From the NCBI GenBank assembly GCA_965221125.1, contig CBDCRW010000004.1:320001-384000 (forward strand): a DNA stretch of 64,000 nucleotides, given 5' to 3'. The number at the start of each line of letters is the position of its first letter. The first letter of the stretch is position 1. Origin of the DNA: Alphaproteobacteria bacterium. Its GTDB lineage: Bacteria; Pseudomonadota; Alphaproteobacteria; UBA828. The notes beneath the pieces are model-generated. The model was not told where the DNA came from. It saw nothing but the letters and a program-made list of their open reading frames with translations, and did no database searches. The position numbers and the translations under genes are program-made. Of this stretch, positions 53,495-60,862 are shown one piece after another.

Positions 53495-54961
53495 ATGAGC
53501 GTGAAGGACGGCGCCGCCCACCTGCGGACTCTCGACAAGGACCGCGAGGTCTATCTCGACGGCGCGCTGATCAAGCGTGTCGCCGACCACCCCGCCTTCG
53601 CCGCCGCCTGCCGCTCTGCCGCCGCCCTCTACGACTTCCAGGCGGCAGCGGAAAACGTGGACCGCATGACCTTCGAGACCGGAACCGGGCGGCGCGTGAA
53701 CCGCAGCTGGCAGATGCCGCGCAGCTACGCCGAGCTGGTCGCACGGCGCGAGGCGATGACCGCCTGGGCCGAGCTGCACGGCGGTTTTCTGGGCCGCTCG
53801 CCCGATCACCTCGCCTCCTCCATCACGGGGCAGGTGATGGGAATCGAGGTCTTCGAGCGTCACGGCGCGCGCCACGCCAGCGCGCTCCGCGACTACTACG
53901 CCCACGCGCGCGACAACGATCTCTACCTCACCTACGTCATCATCAATCCGCAGGGCGACCGCTCCAGGTCGTGGGGCGAGCAGGCCAGCGAAGAGATGAC
54001 CATGCGGGTCGTCGACGAGGATGCGGAGGGCGTCACCGTGCGGGGCGCGAAGATGCTCGGCACCGGCTCGGTCATGGCCGAGGAGATACTGGTCGCGAAC
54101 CTGCAGCCGCTGAAGCCCGGCGAGGAGCGCTTCGCCATCTCCTTCGTGCTGCCGCTCGATGCGCGGGGCCTCAAGGTGCTCTCGCGCAAGAGCTACGAGG
54201 CGAGTGCTGCGAGCGCCTGGGACAATCCGCTCTCCCACCGCTTCGACGAGAACGATTCGGTCGTCTACTTCGACGACGTGAAGGTGCCGTGGGAGCGCAT
54301 CTTCGTCTTCGGCGACACCGACATGTGCCGCGCCCAGTTCCATGACACGCCGGGCCACGTCCTCCAGAACTACCAGTCGCAGATCCGCCTGGTGGTGAAG
54401 CTCAAGTTCCTGGTGGCGCTCGCGCGCCGCATCGCCGAGACCATCGGCACGGTAGCGATGGCGCCGGTGCGCGAGCAGCTCGGCGAGATGGCGTCCGAGG
54501 TCGCGGCCGTGGAGGGGCTGCTCTGGGGCATGGAGAGCGCGGGCGGCATGGTGGGCGACTACTACGTGCCCAACGCGAGCATGATGTACGCGGCCCAGGT
54601 CCAGACCCAGTCCCTCTACCCGCGCCTGATCGAGCGGATCCGCGCGCTCTCGGGCGGCGGCCTCATCATGCTGCCGTCCTCGGTCGCGGACCTCGAGAAT
54701 CCGGCTATCGCGCCCCTGATCGAGCGCACCCAGGTCTCCGCGCGCGACGGCGAGGGCGCGGCCGAGCGCATGGCGCTGATGAAGCTCGCCTGGGACGCCG
54801 TGGGCTCCGAGTTCGCCGGCCGCCACACCCAGTACGAGATGTTCTACGCGGGCGCCAAGTTTGTGACCACCGCGCACTGCTTCCGCCGCTACGACTGGGC
54901 CGGCGCCGAGCGCATCCTGGAAGGGCTGATGCAGAGCAACGAAGGCGCCGCCAAGCCGTGA
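53495..54961 (+). CDS. HpaB-family (group D) flavin monooxygenase, oxygenase component
   Basis: GRSPDH, GAKMLGT, RFDENDS, VPWERIF, RHTQYEMFYAG. Confidence 0.9.
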   Translation: MSVKDGAAHLRTLDKDREVYLDGALIKRVADHPAFAAACRSAAALYDFQAAAENVDRMTFETGTGRRVNRSWQMPRSYAELVARREAMTAWAELHGGFLGRSPDHLASSITGQVMGIEVFERHGARHASALRDYYAHARDNDLYLTYVIINPQGDRSRSWGEQASEEMTMRVVDEDAEGVTVRGAKMLGTGSVMAEEILVANLQPLKPGEERFAISFVLPLDARGLKVLSRKSYEASAASAWDNPLSHRFDENDSVVYFDDVKVPWERIFVFGDTDMCRAQFHDTPGHVLQNYQSQIRLVVKLKFLVALARRIAETIGTVAMAPVREQLGEMASEVAAVEGLLWGMESAGGMVGDYYVPNASMMYAAQVQTQSLYPRLIERIRALSGGGLIMLPSSVADLENPAIAPLIERTQVSARDGEGAAERMALMKLAWDAVGSEFAGRHTQYEMFYAGAKFVTTAHCFRRYDWAGAERILEGLMQSNEGAAKP

Positions 54962-56145
54962 GGGTCGGCGTCGTCAATCTCGGCGCCATCGTCTCGGGCG
55001 ACTGGCGCGAACCCTTCGTCGCGGGCGACGCGCTCGTCGCGGCGGACGGCATTCTGGAAGCCGTGGGCGCGGTGGAGGCCGCCGCCATCGACACGTGCGA
55101 CGTCGTCATCGACGCCGGCGGAGCGACGGCGATCCCGGGGCTGATCGATTCCCAGGTCCACGTCACCTTCGGCGACTTCACGCCGCGCCAGAACACCGTG
55201 GGCTACCTCACGAGCTACGTCCACGGCGGCACCACCACGGCGATCTCCGCCTCCGAGGTGCACGTGCCGGGCCGGCCGAGCGACCCCGCCGGGGTCAAGG
55301 CGCTGGCGGTCGCGGCCTTCAAGTGCTTCGAGCACTACCGGCCGGGCGGCATGCGCGTGCATGCCGGCTCCATCATCCTGGAGCCGGGGCTGACGCGCGC
55401 CGACTTCGACGACGTGCACCGGGACGGCGTCTGGCTCGCCAAGGCCGGCTTCGGCGCAGTGGAGACGGCGCGCGACTACGTGGCGCTGGTCCGGGATGCG
55501 CGCGAGGCCGGCCTGCTCACGACGCTCCACACCGGCGGGGCCTCGATCCCCGGCTCCTTCCCCATCACCGGCGACGACCTCATCGCCATCGACCCCAGCG
55601 TCTCCTTCCATATCAACGGCGGGCCGGTCGCCATCGAGGACCGCTACTTCGAGCAGGTGGCGGCGGAGACCGGCATCGCCATGCAGGTCTGCACCGCCGG
55701 CAACCTGCGCACCACGCTGCTCTGCGCCGAGATGGCGCGCAAGCACGACGCCTTCGACCGCTTCCTGATCGCGACCGACACGCCCACCGGCAGCGGCGTC
55801 ATGCCGCTCGGCATGATCTACACCATGGTGAACATCGCCTCGTTGGCGGGCTTCGATCCCACCTGGATGATCGCGGCGTCCACCGGCAACGTGGCCGAGA
55901 TCTACGGGCTGAACAGCGGTTTCTTGAGGCCGGGGCGGGATGCCGACGTGGTCATCGTCGACGCCCCGCTCGGCGCCACGAAGCCGGATGCGCTCGCGAC
56001 CATGAGCAACGGCGACCCCGTCGCCATCGGCGCCGTCATCACCGACGGCGTTCCCCGCTTCGTCGGCCGCAGCCGCAACACCCCGCCGACCACGCGCCCC
56101 GTCACCGTCTCCCGCTGCGAGGTCCCGGCCTTCGAGCCGTCCTGA
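54958..56145 (+). CDS. Enamidase-like amidohydrolase
   Basis: GDFTPRQ, HGGTTT, HTGGASIPGS, HINGGP, TDTPTGSG, SRNTPP; GTGA overlap with upstream gene. Confidence 0.85.
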   Translation: MRVGVVNLGAIVSGDWREPFVAGDALVAADGILEAVGAVEAAAIDTCDVVIDAGGATAIPGLIDSQVHVTFGDFTPRQNTVGYLTSYVHGGTTTAISASEVHVPGRPSDPAGVKALAVAAFKCFEHYRPGGMRVHAGSIILEPGLTRADFDDVHRDGVWLAKAGFGAVETARDYVALVRDAREAGLLTTLHTGGASIPGSFPITGDDLIAIDPSVSFHINGGPVAIEDRYFEQVAAETGIAMQVCTAGNLRTTLLCAEMARKHDAFDRFLIATDTPTGSGVMPLGMIYTMVNIASLAGFDPTWMIAASTGNVAEIYGLNSGFLRPGRDADVVIVDAPLGATKPDALATMSNGDPVAIGAVITDGVPRFVGRSRNTPPTTRPVTVSRCEVPAFEPS

Positions 56146-56195
56146 CCCGCACTTTGCACGGAAGGGCTTTAAAGCGGCATATTCCGGCATACGCC

Positions 56196-56339
56196 GGCAC
56201 AAAGTGGCACAAGGTGGCACAAAGTGGCACGAAACGAGCGGCACAAAGCGGCACAAAGTGGCACAAAGTGGCACAAAGTGGCACAAAGTGGCACAAAGTG
56301 GCACAAAGTGGCACAAAGTGGCACAAAGTGGCACAAGGC
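56196..56339. repeat. Intergenic 10-bp tandem repeat (GGCACAAAGT), about 14 units
   Basis: 8 perfect units at 56250-56329, variant units either side and one 14-nt interrupted unit at 56226-56239. Confidence 0.95.
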
Positions 56340-56531
56340 GGCTCATGATGGTCCAAGCCGGCCCGTCCCGGCGGCCGCCGGCGCCCGCTGGACGAGCGTC
56401 CGGCCGCGAGCCGGCTCCCCGGCGCCGCTCCGGCCGGGCTTTCCCTGAAGGGCGATGGTCTGCGCGCTGCATCCGCAGAGCCTGCCCCCGCCCGACCGCT
56501 CCGTGCACCGCACCATGGTGCGGCCTAGCCC

Positions 56532-57191
56532 TCAGTCGATCTCGTCTTCGGGCACGATCCAGGGTTCCTTGAGCGCCGCGTCGCGCCATTCGACGAAGGC
56601 CGGCAGGCTCAGCACGGCGCGGCTGTAGGCGGCGCAGGTCTCGTCGAGATCGACCCCGTAGGTGTCGAGCCGCGTCACCACCGGCGCGTACATGGCATCG
56701 GCCGCGCAGAAGGGGCCGAACAGGAAGTCGCCGCCGGCCTCGCAGCGGCCCCGGCAGTCCCGCCAGATCGCGCAGATGCGGGCGATGTCGTCGTCCACGC
56801 CCGGCCCCCGGCCCTTCCCCTTGAGGTCGGTGCGCCGCAGGTTCATGGGCATGTGGTTGCGGATCGACGTGAAGCCCGCGTGCATCTCGTTCGCGACCGC
56901 GCGGGCCATGGCGCGGGCGTCGCGGTCCTCGGGCCAGAGCCCGGCGTCGGGGAACAGCTCGTTCGCGTACTCGATGATCGCGAGCGTCTCCCACACCGTG
57001 CGCTCGCCGTGCAGCAGCACGGGCACGCGCCCGGACGGCGAGACGGCGGCGATGGCCTCCTTCCAGTTCTCGTCGAACAGGAGCAGCAGCCGCTCGTCGA
57101 ACGGGATTCCGGCGTGGCGCAGCGCAAGCCACGGCCTGAGCGACCAGGACGAGTAGTTCTTGTTGCCGATGATTAGCGTGAGCTCGCTCAT
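56532..57191 (-). CDS. Glutathione S-transferase family protein
   Basis: IGNKNYSSWSLRPWL, SPSGRVP, EMHAGF, ADAMYAPV. Confidence 0.93.
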   Translation of the reverse strand: MSELTLIIGNKNYSSWSLRPWLALRHAGIPFDERLLLLFDENWKEAIAAVSPSGRVPVLLHGERTVWETLAIIEYANELFPDAGLWPEDRDARAMARAVANEMHAGFTSIRNHMPMNLRRTDLKGKGRGPGVDDDIARICAIWRDCRGRCEAGGDFLFGPFCAADAMYAPVVTRLDTYGVDLDETCAAYSRAVLSLPAFVEWRDAALKEPWIVPEDEID

Positions 57192-57232
57192 GGCCTGCAG
57201 TGCCGTTACGCTGCGGTGCGGGACGGAGCCGG

Positions 57233-57646
57233 TTATAGCCTCGCGTCGACCGTGTCAACGTGGCCGCGTTTGGCGTAGGAGAGGATGGTGCCGTCGGCGG
57301 TGAGCAGCCGTGCCCCGCTGTGGCGGGCGGTCGCGATAATCAGGCGGTCGGCGGGATCGGCATGAAAGGCGCCCGGCAGCCTCGCGCTGTCGATCGCGAT
57401 TTCGGGCTCGACCGGCATCAGCTTGATGCCCGGCAAGGCGAGCGCCGCCTCGAGCCAGGTGCCGACCTCCTGCACCAGGCGAAGGCGGTTGCGCTCGGCC
57501 AGCAGGGCGATTTCCCAGGGCGTGACGGCGGAGATGCCGACGGCGTCGGCGCGTTCCGCCGCCGCAATCGCAGCGCTCGCATTGGTGCCGAGCCGCCGGT
57601 CGCCTTCCACGGCCCAGACCAGCACGTGCGTGTCAAGCAGGATCAC
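57233..57646 (-). CDS. PIN-domain (VapC) toxin
   Basis: ILLDTHVLVW, SAVTPWEI, HADPADRLIIATA, LLTAD. Confidence 0.92.
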   Translation of the reverse strand: MILLDTHVLVWAVEGDRRLGTNASAAIAAAERADAVGISAVTPWEIALLAERNRLRLVQEVGTWLEAALALPGIKLMPVEPEIAIDSARLPGAFHADPADRLIIATARHSGARLLTADGTILSYAKRGHVDTVDARL

Positions 57647-57885
57647 CGCATGGCGTCCCACTCGGAGGAGTCGACGGCGGACCCGAACGGATTGTCGTAG
57701 GCCAGAACCGTTCCCTTCATGGCGCCGATGATTGATCGGGTCTCGCGCTCGGGCCGCACGGGCGAAAGCACTGCGACGGGCCTGCCGCGATTCGTGATCG
57801 TCACCGGCTCGCCGTCCTCGCGCATCTCGTTGATGATACGGAGACAATTCGCCTGAAACGCCGACGCCGCGACCGTCTTTCCCAT
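57643..57885 (-). CDS. Phd/YefM family antitoxin
   Basis: ASAFQANCL...VTITNRGRPVAVL; GTGA overlap with toxin. Confidence 0.9.
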   Translation of the reverse strand: MGKTVAASAFQANCLRIINEMREDGEPVTITNRGRPVAVLSPVRPERETRSIIGAMKGTVLAYDNPFGSAVDSSEWDAMR

Positions 57886-57904
57886 TGTTTTCGCTCGGCT
57901 ATTT

Positions 57905-57944
57905 ATACGTATATATATTATATACGTATTCTTGGCCAGGCAAT
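57905..57944 (-). promoter_or_regulatory. Toxin-antitoxin promoter with palindromic operator
   Basis: ATACGTATATA-TAT-TATATACGTAT dyad at 57905-57929; TTGCCT-17-TAATAT on minus strand. Confidence 0.65.
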
Positions 57945-57948
57945 CAAG

Positions 57949-57979
57949 AGGGCGCGTCCGGCTTTGACGGACGCGCCCT
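57949..57979. terminator. GC-rich hairpin (12-bp stem), possible terminator upstream of TA promoter
   Basis: AGGGCGCGTCCG-N7-CGGACGCGCCCT; no clear U-tract. Confidence 0.35.
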
Positions 57980-58092
57980 AGGCCGCGACAGCGGCCCGCC
58001 GCGAATGCGGCGCGCCCGCGCAGGCGTTGGCCGTCGCGCCGATAGGCGCGCGCAAGCGCACGACGGCCAACTGCCGTGAGCGATAAAGAATC

Positions 58093-58123
58093 AGAGCGTT
58101 TCCGTGCAAAACGGAAACGCTCT
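58093..58123. repeat. REP-like palindrome related to 50996-51034
   Basis: AGAGCGTTTCCGT-GCAAA-ACGGAAACGCTCT. Confidence 0.85.
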
Positions 58124-58138
58124 AGCCGGCGGTGCGGC

Positions 58139-58843
58139 TCAGTCGTCGGCGCCGGCCTCGTCGGCGCCGCTCATCAGTTGGGAGAAGCGCACCGGCAGGA
58201 TTTCCTTGTTCTCGATCCGCCCGCTCCCGTCCTTGGTGACGAGCAGCAGGCGCTGGTCGTCCTCGAGGCCGGCCGGGATCACCATGCGCCCGCCGGGCTT
58301 GAGCTGCTGCAGCAGCGCCCCCGGAATCAGGTCGGGCGCCGCGGTCGCGATGATGCGGTCGAAGGGCGCGTGGTCGGGCCAGCCGAGGCTGCCGTCGCCC
58401 ACGCGGAACTGCACGTTGCCGTAGCCCTGCTCGCCGAGCCGGCGGCGCCCGCTCTCGGCCAGCTCCTCGATCAGCTCGACCGTGTAGACCTCGGCCGCAA
58501 GCTCCGCCAGCAGCGCCGCCTGGTAGCCGAGCCCGGTGCCGATCTCGAGCACCCTGTGGCCTGCGCCGATCTCCAGCAGGTCGGTCATCAGCGCCACGAT
58601 GAAGGGCTGCGAGATGGTCTTGCCGCAGCCGATGGGGAGCGGGGAATCGAGGTAGGCGTAGAGCGTCATCTCGACCGGCACGAAGGCGTGGCGCGGAATC
58701 CGGCCGATCGCCTCCATGACCGGGTCCGCGATCGGCGCGCGGCCGGTCTTGCCGCTCACGTGGTCGGCATGGAGCGCCACCTGCTCGACCATGGTCCGGC
58801 GCAGGATCGCGAATTGGTCTTCGTTGGAGTTCGCCGCCTTCAT
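58139..58843 (-). CDS. pcm: Protein-L-isoaspartate O-methyltransferase, second paralog
   Basis: IPRHAFV, GKTISQPFIVA, LEIGTGLGYQ, FDRIIATAA. Confidence 0.93.
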   Translation of the reverse strand: MKAANSNEDQFAILRRTMVEQVALHADHVSGKTGRAPIADPVMEAIGRIPRHAFVPVEMTLYAYLDSPLPIGCGKTISQPFIVALMTDLLEIGAGHRVLEIGTGLGYQAALLAELAAEVYTVELIEELAESGRRRLGEQGYGNVQFRVGDGSLGWPDHAPFDRIIATAAPDLIPGALLQQLKPGGRMVIPAGLEDDQRLLLVTKDGSGRIENKEILPVRFSQLMSGADEAGADD

Positions 58844-59087
58844 GGCCCGTCACCGCGCCTCTGCGTGCGCTTGCCGGCGGGCACCGTGCCCGCCCGTCTC
58901 CGTTCGTCTCCCCGAAGGGGCGCCACCCGGTGCCGCCCCCAATGCTGCTATAAGTAGCGTATCCGCGCCGCAGCCGCGAGCCTTGTTGGCGATCCATGCC
59001 GCTCCAAGACCTCTGCCGCGACCGCCCTTGCGGGGGGAGACCTCCGGCCCCGGCCGAATTCCGCCGGGTGCGAGACAGGCCGCCCGC

Positions 59088-60512
59088 ATGACCGGCTCGC
59101 TCGCGCTGCCGCTCTGGATCCTCGCGGTGGTCGGCGCGCTCGCGCTCTGGGCCGCGCTCGACCGCATCCTGATGCCGAGCGCGCGCTGGTTCCTGCGCCG
59201 CCGCCTCAACCGCATGATCGAGGAGGTCAACACGCGGCTGGAGCTGCAGATCCCGCCCTTCCTGCAGACCAAGCGCCGCGTGCTGATCGACCAGCTCAGC
59301 TACGACCCGCAGGTGATGGAGGCGATCGACGCCGAGGCCAAGGCCACCGGCACGCCGCGCGAGGTGCTGAGCCGGCAGGTGGAGCGCTACGCCCGCGAGA
59401 TCGTGCCTTCCTTCAACGCCTACGCCTACTTCCGCATCGGCTATCACGTCGCCAGGCGCGCGGTGGAGAGCCTGTATCGCGTGCGCCTCGGCTATTCCGA
59501 CGACGAGGCGCTTGCCCGCATCGAACCCGGCGCCAGCGTCGTCTTTGTGATGAACCACCGCAGCAACATGGACTACGTGATCGTCGCCTACATGGCGGCG
59601 CATCGCTCGGCGCTGAGCTACGCCGTCGGCGAGTGGGCGCGGGTCTGGCCGCTCAGGATGCTGGTCCGCTCCCTCGGCGCCTACTTCGTGCGCCGCGGCT
59701 CGGGCAGCCGCCTCTACCGCCAGGTACTCGCCCGCTACGTGCAGGCGGCGACCGCCGGCGGCGTGGTCCAGGCGGTCTACCCGGAAGGCGGGCTCAGCCG
59801 CGACGGGCGCCTGCGCAAGCCCAAGCTCGGCCTCATCAGCTACATGGTCTCCTCCTTCGACCCCGAGGGCTCCCGCGACCTGGTCTTCGTGCCCGTCGGC
59901 ATCAACTACGACCGCGTGCTGGAGGACCGCATGCTGGTGCGCGCGCCGGCCCCCGGCGAGCCCCGGCCCGGCAAGGCCCGCGTGCTGGCGACCGCGGCGG
60001 GCTTCGTCGCCCACAACGTGGGCCTCATGATCCGGCGGCGCTGGTACCGCTTCGGCTACGCCTGCGTGAACTTCGCCACGCCCATCTCCATGCGGGACTA
60101 CGTGAAGGCCGGCGGGATCGATTTCCGCGCGCTGGAGAAAGACGCCCGCCACGAGGCCGTCGAAAAGCTCGGCGACGAGCTACTGGAGGCCATCGCCGCG
60201 GCGATCCCGGTGCTGCCGGTCTCGCTGGTCGCGACGGTGTTCCTCGACTCAAACGACGACGCGCTCGACCTGCTGGAGGTCAAGGGGCGCACCCAGGCGC
60301 TGATCGACAGGCTGGAGGGCGAGGGCGCCTACGTCCACATCCCGCGCGCGGACCGCGACTACGCCGTCACCGTGGGCTTGCGCATGCTCACGCTCCGCCA
60401 CTTCGTGAACGAGGCGGACGGGCTCTACCGCGCCAACGAGGACGAGCGGGACATGCTGCGCTACTACGCCAACGCCATCGGGCATTTTTTGGCCGATACG
60501 CCGGGCGCGTGA
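59088..60512 (+). CDS. Glycerol-3-phosphate acyltransferase family (PlsB-like)
   Basis: NHRSNMD (HX4D), GAYFVRR, YPEGGLSRDG. Confidence 0.88.
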   Translation: MTGSLALPLWILAVVGALALWAALDRILMPSARWFLRRRLNRMIEEVNTRLELQIPPFLQTKRRVLIDQLSYDPQVMEAIDAEAKATGTPREVLSRQVERYAREIVPSFNAYAYFRIGYHVARRAVESLYRVRLGYSDDEALARIEPGASVVFVMNHRSNMDYVIVAYMAAHRSALSYAVGEWARVWPLRMLVRSLGAYFVRRGSGSRLYRQVLARYVQAATAGGVVQAVYPEGGLSRDGRLRKPKLGLISYMVSSFDPEGSRDLVFVPVGINYDRVLEDRMLVRAPAPGEPRPGKARVLATAAGFVAHNVGLMIRRRWYRFGYACVNFATPISMRDYVKAGGIDFRALEKDARHEAVEKLGDELLEAIAAAIPVLPVSLVATVFLDSNDDALDLLEVKGRTQALIDRLEGEGAYVHIPRADRDYAVTVGLRMLTLRHFVNEADGLYRANEDERDMLRYYANAIGHFLADTPGA

Positions 60513-60527
60513 ACCGGCGCGCCGGGG

Positions 60528-60821
60528 CTATTCCAAGCCTTCGACGAAGATGAGGCTGCTCTCGGCGGCCTGCAAACGCATGTCCACGATCGCCTGATAC
60601 TCGGGCGAGTTGTACCAGGCCTTGGCCCGCTCCATGCTGGGAAAGCGGAAGAGCACCACGCGGGACGGCTTCCAGGTGCCGTCCATGTGCGCGACTTCCG
60701 TGGTGGAGGCAAGCAGCTCTGCGCCGTAGGGGCCGCCCGTCGGGCCTGCCTTCCTGACGTACTCCTGCATCAGTTCCGGATCGGTTATCTCAGAGGTCGA
60801 GATGAGGTAAGCGGCGGGCAT
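60528..60821 (-). CDS. DUF1330 family protein
   Basis: RFPSMERAKAWYNSPEYQ. Confidence 0.9.
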   Translation of the reverse strand: MPAAYLISTSEITDPELMQEYVRKAGPTGGPYGAELLASTTEVAHMDGTWKPSRVVLFRFPSMERAKAWYNSPEYQAIVDMRLQAAESSLIFVEGLE

Positions 60822-60862
60822 TGCGGTGCTCCTCGTGTTGGTGCGGGTCTTTTCGGGAAGGT

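Noticed and set aside
56196-56339. Tandem array as CRISPR or as sigma-54 promoter series (TGGCAC)
   Set aside because: No unique spacers or cas genes; GG to GC spacing is 9 nt, not the required 10
56102-56572. Repeat-encoded ORFs (CATLCHFVPL / HKVAQSGTKW)
   Set aside because: Open frames follow automatically from a stop-free 10-mer; no RBS or coding support
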